Of a DNA stretch of 64,000 nucleotides, positions 31,601 through 43,165 are shown in pieces. The stretch is from Eledone cirrhosa. Its lineage: Eukaryota. The position numbers and the translations under genes were made by a program. The notes beneath the pieces were generated by a model that worked only from the letters and a program-made list of their open reading frames with translations, did no database searches and was not told the DNA's origin. Position 1 is the stretch's first letter, and every line of letters begins with the position of its first letter. Location: positions 52,452,001 through 52,516,000 of the forward strand of contig OZ024744.1 in NCBI GenBank assembly GCA_964016885.1, in the 5' to 3' direction.

Positions 31601-34600
31601 CGGTAGTGTCGTAGTATGGTGTGGTGTAGGGTGGTGTAGTGTAGTGTAGTGAAGTGTAGTGTAGTGTAGTGTAGTGTAGTGCGGTAGTGTGGTGTAGTGT
31701 GGTGGAGTTTAGTGGGGTGTGGTGTAGTGTAGTGTAGCGTAGTGGCGTGTGGTGTAGTGCGGTAGAGTCGAAGTATGGTGTGGTGTAGAGTGGTGAAGTT
31801 TAGTGTAATCTGGTGTAGTGTAGTGTGGTGTAGTGTGGTATAGTATCGTGTAGTGTAGTGTAGTGTGGTGTAGTGCGGTAGTGTGGTAGTACGTTGTGGT
31901 GTAGTGTGCTGTAGTGTGGTGTAGTACGGTAGTGTGGTAGTATGGTGTAGTGTGGTGTAGTGTGGAGTAGTGCAGAGTGGTAGTATGATGTGGTGTATGG
32001 TGGTGTAGTGTAGTGTAGTGTAGTGCGGTGCATTGTAGTGTAGTGTGGTGTGGTGTAGTGTAGTGTGGTGTAGTGTGGTGTTGTGTAGTATGATGTAGTG
32101 TGGTGTAGTGTAGTGTTGTGTAGTGTGGTGTGGTGTAGTCTGGTGTAGTGTAGTGTATTGTGGTGTGGCGTAGTGTGGTGTGGTGTAGTGTAGTGTGGTG
32201 TGGTGTCGTGTAGTGTGGTGTAGTGTGGTGTTGTGTAGAATGATGTAGTGTGGTGTAGTGTAGTGTAATGTAGTGTAGTGTAGTGTAGTGTAGTGAAGTG
32301 TAGTGTAGTATGGTGTAGTGTGGTGTAGTGTAGTGTAGTGTAGTGTGGTGTAGTGTGGTGCAGTGTAGTGTGGTGTGGTGTAGTGTGGTGTAGTGTAGTG
32401 TGGTGTAGTGTGGTGTAGTGTGGCGGAGTGTTGTGTAGTTTGGTTTAGTGGGGTATGGTGTAGTGTGGTGTGGTGTAGTTTGGTGTAGTGTAGTGTGGTG
32501 TAGTGTAGTATAGTGTGGTGTCGTGTAGTGTGGTGTAGTGTCGTGTAGTGTGGTGTGGTGTAGTGTAGTGTAGTGTCGTGTAGTGTAGTCTAGTTCAGTG
32601 TGGTGTGGTGTAGTGTAGTGTGGTGTAGTATGGTGTAGTGTGGTGTAGTGTAGTGTGGTGTAGTGTAGTGTAGTGTGGTGTAGTGTAGTGTAGTGTAGTA
32701 TAGTTTAGTGTGGTGTGGTGAAGTGTAGTGTAGTGTAGTGTGGTGTAGTGTGGTGTGGTGTGGTGTAGTGTGGTGTAGTGTAGTGCGGTGTAGTGTAGTT
32801 TTGTGTGGTGTGGTGTAGAGTAGTGTGGTGTAATGTGGTGTGTTGTAGTGTGGTGTGGTGTAGTGTGGTGTGGTGAAGTGTGGTGTAGTGTAGTGTAGTG
32901 TAATGTAGTGTGGTGTAGTGTAGTGTGGTGTGCTGTAGTGTGATGTAGTGTGGTGTAGTGTAGATTAGTGTAATGTAGTGTGGTGTAGTGTGGTGTGGTG
33001 TAGCGTGGTGTGGTGTAGTGTGGTGTAGTGTAGTGTGGTGCAGTGTGGTGTTGTGTGGTGTAGTGTGGTGTAGTGTGGTGTAGTGAAGTGTAGTGTAGTG
33101 TAGTGGGGTGTAGTGTAGTGCATTGTAGGGTAGTACGTTAGTGTGGTGTAGTGTGGTGTAGTGCGGTGCAGTGTAGTGTAGTACGTTAGTGTGGTGTAGT
33201 GTGGTGCAGTGTAGTGTAGTACGTTAGTGTGGTGTAGTGGGGTGTAGTGTAGTGTGGTGTAGTGTGGTGTAGTGTATTGTGGTGTGGTGTAGTGTGGTGT
33301 GGAGTAGTGTGGTGTATTGTTGTGTAGTGTAGTGTAGTGTAGTGTAGTGTAGTGTAGTGTAGATTAGTGTTGTGTGATGTAGTGCGGTAGTGTCGTAGTA
33401 TGGTGTGGTGTAGAGTGGTATAGTGTACTGTAGTGTAGTGTAGTGAAGTGTAGTGCAGTGAGGTAGTGTGGTGTAGTGTGGTGTAGTGTGGTGAAGTTTA
33501 GTGGGGTTTGGTGTAGTGTAGTGTAGTGTGGTGTAGTGCGGTAGTGTGGTGTAGTGTAGTGTGGTGTAGTGTGGTGTAGTGTATTGTGGTGTGGTGTAGT
33601 GTGGTGTGGAGTAGTGTGGTGTATTGTGGTGTAGTGTAGTGTAGTGTAGTGTAGTGTAGTGTAGATTAGTGTTGTGTTGATGTAGTGCGGTAGTGTCGTA
33701 GTATGGTGTGGTGTAGAGTGGTATAGTGTACTGTAGTGTAGTGTAGTGAAGTGTAGTGCAGTGAGGTAGTGTGGTGTAGTGTGGTGTAGTGTGGTGAAGT
33801 TTAGTGGGGTTTGGTGTAGTGTAGTGTAGTGTGGTGTAATGCGGTAGTGTGGTGTAGTGTAGTGTGGTGTAGTGTGGTGTAGTGTAGTGTGGTGTAGTGT
33901 GGTGCGGTGTAGTGTGGTGTAGGCTGGTGTAGTGTAGTGTGGTGTAGTGTGGTGTAGTGCAGTGTAGTGTAGTGTGGTGTAGTTTAGTGTAGTGTAGTGT
34001 AGTGTGGTGTAGTGTAGTGAAGTATAGTGTGGTGTAGTGTGGTGTAGTGTGGTGTAGTGTGGTGTAGTGTAGTGTAGTGTGGTCTGGTGTAGTGTAATAT
34101 AGTGTACTGTAGTGTGGTGTAGTGTGGTCTGGTGTAGTCTAATGTAGTGTAGTCTGGTGCAGTGTGGTGTTGTGTGGTGTAGTGTGGTGTAGTGTGGTGT
34201 AGTGTGGTGTAGTGTAGTGCAGTGTAGTGTGGTGTAGTGTGGTGTACTGTAGTGTAGTGTAGCGTGGCGTAGTGTGGTGTAGTGAAGTGTGTTGTTGTGT
34301 GTTGTAATGTAGTGTAGTGTAGTGTGGTGTAGTGTGGTGTAGTGTGGTGTAGTTTAGTGTAGTGAAGTGTAGTGTAGCGTAGTGTGGTGTAGCCTTGTGT
34401 AGTGTAGTGTGGTGTAGTGTAGTGTGGTGTAGTGTAGTGTAGTTTAGTATGGTGTGGTATAGTGTAGTGTGCTGTAGTGTACTGTAGTGTAGTGTAGTGT
34501 AGTGTGGTGTAGTGTGATATAGTGTAGTGTAGTGTGGTGTATTGTAGTGTATTGTGGTGTGGTGTAGCGTGGCATAGTGTAGTGTAGTGTAGTGTGGTGT

Positions 34601-35810
34601 TGTGTAGTGTAGTGTAGTGTAGTGTAGTGTGGTGTAGTGTGGTGTAGTGTAGTGTCGTGTAGTGTGGTGTAGTGTGGTGTAGTGTGGTGTGGTGCAGTGT
34701 AGTGTAGTGAAGTGTAGTGTAGTGTGGTGTAGTGTGATATAGTGTGGTGTAGTGTAGTGTAGTGTAGTGTAGTTTAGTGTAGTGTGGTGTGGTGTGGTTT
34801 AGTGTGGTGTAGTATAGTGTAGTGTAGTGTAGTGTAATGTGGTGTGATGTAGTGTAGTGTGGTGTAGTGTGGTGTGGAGTCGTGTGGTGTAGTGTAGTGT
34901 TATGTAGTGTGGTGTTGTGTGGTGTAGTGTAATGTGGCGTACTGTGATGTAGTGTGACGTGGTGTAGTGTGGTGTAGTGTGGTATGGTGTAGTGTGGTGT
35001 AGTGTAGTGTAGTTTAGTTTGGTGTGCTGTAGTGTGGTGTTGTGTGGTGTGGTGTAGTGTGGTGTAGTGTGGTGTAGTGTGGTGTAGTGTAGTGTAGTGT
35101 AGTAGTAATGATGTGTGGTGTAGTGTAGTGTAGTATAGTGTAGTGTCGTGTAGTGTGATGTATTGTGGTGTAGTGTAGTGTAGTGTAGTGTAGTGTAGTG
35201 TAGTGTAGTGTAGTGTAGTGTAGTGTAGTGTAGTGTAGTGTAGTGTAGTGTAGTGTAGTGTAGTGTGGTGAGGTGTGCTTTATTGTGGTGTAGTGTAGTT
35301 TTGTGTAGTGTGATGTAGTGTAGTGTAGTGTGATATAGTGTTGTGTAGTGTAGTGTAGTGTGGTGTGGTTTAGTGTGGTGTAGTATAGTGTAGTATGGTG
35401 TAGTGTGATTTACTGTAGAGTCGTGTAGTGTGGTGTAGTGTAGTGTAGTGTAGTGTGGTGTAGTGTTTTGTAGTTTGATGTAGTGTAGTGTAGTGTGGTG
35501 TAGTGTAGTGTAGTGTAGTATAGTGTAGTGTAGTGTTGTGTAGTGTAGTGTGGTGTAGTGTGGTGTATTGTATTGTGGTATAGTGTTGTGTAGTTGTAGT
35601 GTAGTGTAGTGTAGTGTAGTGTAGTGTTGTGTAGTGTAGTGTAGTGTAGTGTAGTGTAGTGTAGTGTAGTGCAGTGCAGTGCAGTGTAGTGTAGTGTAGA
35701 GTAGTGTGGTGTATTGTATTGTATTGTGGTGTAGTGTGGTGTAGTGTAGTGTGATGCATATGGTGTGTTGTAGTGTAGTGTGGTGTAGTGTCGTGTAGTG
35801 TGGTGTTGTG
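28689..35810. repeat. (GTGTA/GTGTG)n pentamer satellite, ~7.1 kb
   Basis: Direct reading; 8-bp variant units and larger duplicated blocks. Confidence 0.95.
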
Positions 35811-35937
35811 TCTCTCTGCTTTGATCTCACGGTTCAGGTAGTGTCAGTAAGGTTTCCTTAGATGAGACACTAAATGGATATTTTAATGCAATCATTGAAA
35901 TGTGATGCCAGCTGTTTGATGTACACGTTACATATCG

Positions 35938-36390
35938 TCAGCAGCAGCTACACAGCAGCAACAGCAACAGCAACAATAGCAACAACAACACAGCAGCAAC
36001 AACAGCAACGGCAGTTACAACAGCGACACTTACAACAGCAATCCCTACAAAGCTGCAGTACTTAGAGCAGCAGCGCTTACAACAGCACCAAAAGCAGCCA
36101 CAGCAGCAACAATTACAACAGCGGCATCATGAACAGCAGCAGCAGCACAAACAACAGTAGCACCATGAACAGCAGTACCATGAACCACAGCAACACCAAC
36201 AACAGCAGTACCATAAATCACAGCAGCACCAACCACAGCAGCACCAACAACAGCAGTACCATGAACCACAGCAGCACCAACAACAGAAACAGCAGCATCT
36301 ACTATAAACGCAGCTCCACCAATAGCAGCATCAACACCGTCATCTGCAGACTCATTACAACCACCACCGCCAACACTATCAACACCAATT
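35938..36390. repeat. CAG/CAA-rich degenerate minisatellite
   Basis: Recurring CAGCAGTACCATGAACCACAGCA.CACCAACAA units. Confidence 0.8.
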
Positions 36391-36482
36391 TCATTTTTTC
36401 TTTCGTTTACACTTTTCCAGTTTTCTCTCATTAGACTGCGGCCATTCTAGGATATTGTCCATTTTAATATCCGCAGTTCTCT

Positions 36483-36548
<66 letters not shown>

Positions 36549-37521
36549 CGAGTGTGCCCAGGCGCTCACGGCTCTCTGGCAGGCGGACCCGGCTGTCAGT
36601 GGAGAATCCACCTCGTCATTCTATAGAGGGCTGGTGGTTAGCAGGTGCGACGACGCCCTCGGAGAAGCCCTAGGCATGGAGGAAGACGAACTGGCCAACC
36701 TGTTCGGTAGGACATTCAGCCCGGGACCCATGGATAACTTCCAGAGGTCCCTGGCCTGGCAATGCTACAGAAGTGCTCTGCCCGTTCGAGAAAGGCTCTA
36801 CAGACACGGGCGCCCGGGTAGGGACCCATCGAAAAAGGTCTGTCCCAGATGCGTGTGCGACGAGGAAACCGTTGCACACGCATTGGTACACTGCTCGGGC
36901 ATTGCCGATCTGTGGGGCTATGTCGAACAACTGCTGTCAAGGGTGGGACCGATCCGGTTGACCACCGAGTCTATTGTAACGATCAAGCCGCCTCCCCTCT
37001 TCAAAAACGAAGGAGAGGCGGTGTTTCTGTGCGTAATAGCCATGGCGAAAGAGGTTGTATGGTGGACGCGTCTGAAAGGACTGAGGTCAGACACCTTTCT
37101 CTCTGGCCAACAACTGGTCCGTTTCTTCCGATATCATTTCGGAAGAAGGATCAGGATGGAGAGAGAGGTGCTGCACCCCAGCCGTTTCTATGAAAGATGG
37201 GTGAAAGTGGCGAGAATGGCCCGTGTGAATGGGCCTTCACTCTACATCAGACTATAGGTGAGGAAGATGAAAGACCAAGGAAGCACCCCTTCTCTGTGCT
37301 CCTGAGGAGAAGGGTTGCACACTTTTTTCGGGGGTGTGTGCGACCCCCCAAGGCGAGTCCTCTCTATTGAGGACTTTGTTATAAATTTTATTTTTGTTAT
37401 ATTTTATTTTATTTTTATATATATTGTTATTGCCTCCTCCTTATTGAGGACGCCTTGTTTTGTAAACTCCCCCCATTGTACTTGTCCCACTTTTGATGCC
37501 CTGGTGGCAAATAAAAGAAAC
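36549..37521 (+). mobile_element. Tx1-like LINE copy 1 (5'-truncated)
   Basis: ORF2 C-terminus with CPRCVCDEETVAHALVHC zinc finger plus 3'UTR; (TATC)n on both sides. Confidence 0.92.
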
Positions 37522-37522
37522 A

Positions 37523-37577
<55 letters not shown>

Positions 37578-37716
37578 AATTTTTGTACCATTTTGTAGAG
37601 GGACTGCCAGGTCAAACTTTGATCTGGTCAGTCTCTCAAAATATTCTACCCCTTTAGGCGAAATAGTTAAACAAAAAAAAAAGGTTTTTCTTGTTGAAAA
37701 GTCAATATTTTTTTAA

Positions 37717-39482
37717 ATGGCCGAAGCTTCTTCACCAAAATTCGAAGGAGGAAAGGGGAAGATCAACTTACAGCTTCCCCCTGCCACTGTCACAGTAGCA
37801 GAGGTCAAGAAGAAAGGTCAGCCAGAGGAAGAATTCTCTCCACCTGTTAACCGACAACTTGACGTTACCATGGCAACAACCCAAAGAACCAACAGCAACA
37901 ACAACAACAATGCGACGGTAGAAAACAACACCAATAACAATAACAATAACAACAACAAGACCAATAACGGTGACAACAACAACAATGATAACAACAACAC
38001 CACCAACGACAACAACAACACAAACAAACAAAATTTCTCCTTCGCCGAGACGACAAGGAAAACCCTCGACTATCTGCCAGTAGATATAACAAAAGCGAAG
38101 GAGCTACTGGCGGATGCGAAAAAATATATAGTGTACGGGGAAAATGGTTCATTCACAATCCATTCCCCCCCGGAACTAAAAAGCCAGAGACTCCTAAACA
38201 CGGTCATGTTTAGGACAATCTCGAACAAAAGTAAAAAACCAGCTCAACCATCACAGAGCGAGATAGAGCTGGTTTTAAAAGACGTCATGAAGGACATCAC
38301 CTTCATTCAGAAGGATAGACTCTACGGGAGTCTATCCATTCTCATGAAGGACAGGGACACAGCAGTGAAACTGTCCATCAAACCAATCACATCCACCGCA
38401 TACACCTTCTACCCTACGTACATGGGTAGAAGAACACAAAAAATAAAAATCCACACCATCCTGCCGATTATGGACATATGGTGGGTTTTGACAGGTTTTC
38501 TGGACCTGGAGGATGACATGCTGGTGTCCATGGGAAAGGCATCGGGTGACGCGTTCAGTGGAACGAGCCTCGAACTTGTAGTTCAAATGAGGCCCGAAAG
38601 GATCGCCCAGATCCCTGAACGCGTCATACTGGATGATCTAACCTTCATCAACATTACCGTTGAGGGTAGACGGCCCTCGTGTTACCTCTGCGGAACCAGA
38701 GGTCACCTGAGGGCTGTCTGTCCCCAATCCTGCCTACACCACCAACAACTGCACAACCAACACAATCACCACAACTACCACTACAAAAACAACCACCACA
38801 GCTCAAACCAAAACAAAACAATGTCCAATCCATCCCCTCCACTCAAAAAACAAAAACAATTTCCAAAACACCCGTACCGCAAACACAACCCGAAAATATA
38901 CCCCTCCCCTCCAACGCGGAAGATGACCCTAGTTCGTCGTCAGACGAGGAGGAGCACTTCCACACAATCAAAAGAAAAAAAAGAAAACACACCTCAAACA
39001 CACAAATGAAAAAAACCCCTCCCCAAAACATAACACTGACACCAACACAAAAGAGCTCACAACAACAGAAAACAAAAAACACCACACAAAAACAAAAACA
39101 TGCATACACATACATAAATACAAGAAACAAAAAACTGTTAAACATTGTGTACAACAACAATCTAATAAAAACACAAGGGCCTAACTTCACCCAGGCAGGG
39201 GATTTCCCCCACCTCAAAATGATTAAGGCCCCACAGGACACCTATAAAACTTTAAAAAACAATTTTAAAGAGGACGTGGGTCCCCCCTGCGTCGGGCCCA
39301 TTAACCGCGTCCTCCTAAAAAACTATCCCACCCCCTCCCCAAACACCCACACAACTCCAAGCTCCCCAACCACACAACACACTGATGCCCCCACACTTCC
39401 ACAAACCACCACCCCACCCAACAACCCATCCCCCACCCTAATGGAAATTGTGCAGCCCGATACCCGGGACGCAGAGAGGTAA
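37717..39482 (+). CDS. ORF1p, gag-like with CCHC knuckle (one frameshift after the knuckle)
   Basis: ORFs 37717-39009 and 38679-39482; CYLCGTRGHLRAVC (CX2CX4HX4C); both halves are conserved in copy 4. Confidence 0.85.
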
Positions 39483-39506
39483 GTGCCTTTTCTCTTCACC
39501 ACCAAC

Positions 39507-42500
39507 ATGGCTAAGCTAAGAGTAGGCTGTTTAAATGCGCGTGGCCTGGGCTCAACTTGGAAGCAAGCAATGCTTCTAAATGACCTCAGGTCACAACGTA
39601 TAGATGTGATGGTTATTTGCGAGGCCCGGATCAGCAACGTGCGACAGCTGGCCCCCACCTTTGATGACCTTGAGATGCACGCATCTCTCTGTCAGCCCGG
39701 AGGTGGGGGTGGAGTTGTCGTTCTGCTGCAAAAACATCTGGGTCTCGCAACACAGATGGTACATTTGGACCCGGAGGGTCGACTAGTGGTTCTGGACCTT
39801 GGCAGTGGTAAAGGTGGAGCGTTTAGGTTGGTAGCCGCCTACGGCCATTTCGGGTCAATGCGGCCGGACTTCTTCCATCGTCTGGAGACTTTTCTAGGGA
39901 CGTCCCGCTCCTTGCTATTAGTGGGGGACTGGAATGGTATCCTAGATGCACGCTGGGACTACGTAGGGGCCTGCCCCGATAGAGAGGGGTGTAATAGCCT
40001 CAAAGGGTTAATCGGTCGATTTGACCTGGCCGATAGATATCGACTAGATTTTCCGACTGCGCCAACCTGGACTTGGGCAAATCGTAGCGGATCATCTAGG
40101 TCGTACCTAGATAGGTTCTTAGTTAGAATTAAGGATAAGGACTTTTTAAGTTGTCCAAAAATGCGCATGGTTGGCTATTCAGACCACAAATTAGTGACTT
40201 GCATGGTCAACCTTGACAGAACTCATAGACAGGGCCCCGGTTACTGGAAGCTCAACTTGTCCTTGCCGGCAAGTAGAGCCTACAGGAATCGGATTAGTAC
40301 GTTAGTTAAGGAACGGTTGACTGGAGCGATCGTCAACAGCAGGTGGTGGGTATCTCTAAAGAGAGAGATTAGAGTAGTCTCGATAGAATTTAGTAAGGTT
40401 CTAGCTGCGGATAGGAATAGGAAGGAAAGGGAGCTAATAGATAGAGTAGAAGAGGCAATTAGAAGCGGCGACGTGGCCAGAGTGCTAGCGTCGAGAACGG
40501 CTTTGAGCCAGTTTTTCGACGCGAAGCACGAAGGCTGCGTTGTCCGAAGTAAAATACGTGCTCTAGGGAACGAGGGGACCAAAGCTGTTAGCTGGGCCCG
40601 CGTGACAGAGGCCAACAGTGGAACTAAATCCACCATCCGGTCTTTGCGAGACCTGGATGGACGGGCGATTCTTGAGCCTAAGCAGATGTGTGAGGCCTTT
40701 CAAAGGCACTTTGCCCGACTGTTCGGGAGGGGCGGGGAGCCGGTTGGGAACGTGGGCTTCGGTCCATACCTCGACGGCCTGCCGCGCCTCTCGGACAGGG
40801 AGGCGAAGTCCTGCGAAAAGCCGATTTCAACCGCTGAGATAGAGGACGTGCTGAGCCAATGCGGCAAACGCAAATCCCCGGGTCTCGATGGTCTTCCTTA
40901 CAAATTATATCTAGCTATGCCGGACTTGTTCCCCGATCTCCTCGAGGCGGTCTACTGCAACTGGCAACAGAACGGGAGAATTCCCTGTACTGTGACCAAG
41001 GGCGTAGTCACGCTAGTGAGGAAGGACGAGAACAAGGGGGACGAAATAAGTAACTTCAGGCCCATAACACTGCTAAATACAGAGTTACAGATTTTGGCCA
41101 AGGTGCTAGCAAAGAGGTTGGCGCTTGTCGTGGGCAACCTGGTGGGAGATGCGCAGACATGCGCTATCCCATCCAGGTCCATCCATGACAACCTCCACCT
41201 CATGCGATACATCATAGAGAGGGTTGGGAACGAACCCGGCTTTGGTGGGGCTCTGATCAACTTGGATCAATCTAAGGCGTTCGATAGGGTCGACCATGGT
41301 TACCTGGATGCGGTGCTAGCGGCGGCAGGCTTCGGACCCGTTTTCAGAGGCTGGATCACTGCTATGCACAGCAGCCGCATCTGCTCTAGGGTCAAGGTGA
41401 ACGGCTACCTCTCGGAGCCGTTCAAAATCGCGCGGTCCATCCGACAAGGGTGCCCTCTCTCCTCCCTTCTGTATGTGTTGACTCTCGAGCCACTACTGCG
41501 GAAGTTGGAGTTGTTGCAGGGCATCCCTTTGGAACCGGGATTGCGGAAAGCGGTGTCGGCCTACGCCGATGACGTGACAGTAATGGTGTCGACGGCCTCC
41601 GAAATCGGGGCGGTCGGCACCTTACTGGAGGAGTACGAAAAGTTCACAGGGGCTAAGCTGAACCGGGACAAGTCGATCGGTTTGCAACTCGGCACGTGGA
41701 GGGGCAGACCGATGCCCTCCGATGGTGTCGTCGGACGCTGGACGGAGGGCCCGGTGAAGTTGCTCGGGGTCTGGTTCGGACCGGACCTCCAGGTGGAGAA
41801 AAACTGGGCGGAGGTTACGAACACCTACATAGCGTCCGTCATCTACTACCGCCTGACCGTAGTGCCCTGCCCAAGGGAAACCCTCACCAAGATGGAGCGC
41901 GCGCTCTTCCAATTCCTTTGGAAGAGGCGGGCTCCTATGGTGAGGAGATCCATCTGCTGTCAACACCCTTCGAAAGGAGGGCTGGGGATGACGTGGCTAA
42001 TGATGCGTAAACACGCATTAAGGCTACGGCACCTCTACGTATTCCTCACCGGACAACCGGTGTGGGCCTCGATCGTGAGACGAACCTTTCCCAGACTCGT
42101 CTCACCGAGCTGCAATCCTGGGTCAAGCAAAGACCGAGAAAACTGGGCGCCTGGCACACTGAGTGTGCCCAGGCGCTCACCGCCCTCTGTCAGGCGGATC
42201 CGGTTATCAGTGGAGACTCCACCGCAACATTCTATAGAGGGCTGGTACGCAGCAGGTGCGACGACGCCCTCGGAGAAGCCCTAGACATGGAGGAGGACGA
42301 ACTGGCCAGCCTGTTCGGTAGGACATTCAGCCCGGGACCTATGGACAACTTCCAGAAGTCCCTGGCCTGGCAGTGCTACCGAGGGGCTTTACCCGTTCGA
42401 GAAAGGCTCTACAAACACGGGCGCCCGGGTAGGAACCCCGCCAAAAAGATCTGTCCCAGATGCGTGTGCGACGAGGAAACCGTTGCACACGCATTGGTAC

Positions 42501-42868
42501 ACTGCTCGGGCGTAGCCGATCTGTGGGGCTATGTCGAACAACTGCTGTCAAGGGTGGGACCGATCCGGTTGACCACCGAGTCTATTGTAATGATCAAGCC
42601 GCCTCCCCTCTTCAAAGATGAAGCAGAGGCAGTGTTTCTGTGCGTAATAGCCATGGCGAAAGAGGTTGTATGGTGGACGCGTCTGAAACGACTGAGGTCA
42701 GGCACCTTTCTCTCTGGCCAACAACTGGTCCGTTTCTTCCGATATCATTTCGGAAGAAGGATCAGGATGGAGAGAGAGGTGCTGCACCCCAGCCGTTTCT
42801 ATGAAAGATGGGTGAAAGTGGCGAGAATGGCCCGTGTGAATGGGCCTTCACTCTACATCAGACTATAG
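39507..42868 (+). CDS. ORF2p: APE endonuclease + reverse transcriptase + C-terminal CCHC (72-bp in-frame deletion and 4-bp frameshift near 42100)
   Basis: LNARGL, GDWN, SYLDRF, SDHK (APE); SPGLDG, FRPITLLN, DQSKAFDRV, RQGCPLS, YADD, LLGV (RT); L1/Tx1-type motifs. Confidence 0.95.
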
Positions 42869-43165
42869 GTGAGGAAGATGAAAGACCAAGGGAGCACCCC
42901 TTCTCTGTGCTCCTGAGGAGAAGGGTTGCACACTTTTTTCGGGGGTGTGTGCGACCCCCCCAAGGCGCCTCCTCTCTATTGAGGATTCTGTTAAAAAATT
43001 TATTTTTTGTTATATCTTATTTTATTTTTATATTTTGTTATTGCCTCCTCCTTATTGAGGACGCCTTTTTGTGTAAACTCCCCCCTTTGTACTTGTCCCA
43101 CTTTTGATGCCCTAGTGGCAAATAAAAGAAACATATCTATCTATCTATCTCTCTCTCTCTCTATC

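Larger units (their letters stand above)
37577..43132 (+). mobile_element. Tx1-like LINE copy 2 (near full length)
   Basis: 5'UTR, ORF1, ORF2 and 3'UTR; flanked by (TATC)n. Confidence 0.95.

Noticed and set aside
28689-35810. Telomeric array
   Set aside because: The unit is GTGTR, not TTAGGG or TTAGG, and the array is interstitial and heterogeneous.
34799-36434. 343-aa HYTTL ORF and 128-aa Val/Ala/Gly ORF
   Set aside because: Products of the pentamer satellite and the CAG/CAA minisatellite; no splice or start context.
38679-39009. Programmed -1 frameshift in ORF1 (copies 2 and 4 both switch to the -1 frame after the knuckle; AUGA overlap at 39006)
   Set aside because: The LPTP..QKQP..KP segment is in the -1 frame in copy 2 but the 0 frame in copy 4, so the shifts occur at different places. 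There is no in-frame canonical slippery heptamer and AUGA is not conserved. Independent indels in low-complexity DNA are more likely.
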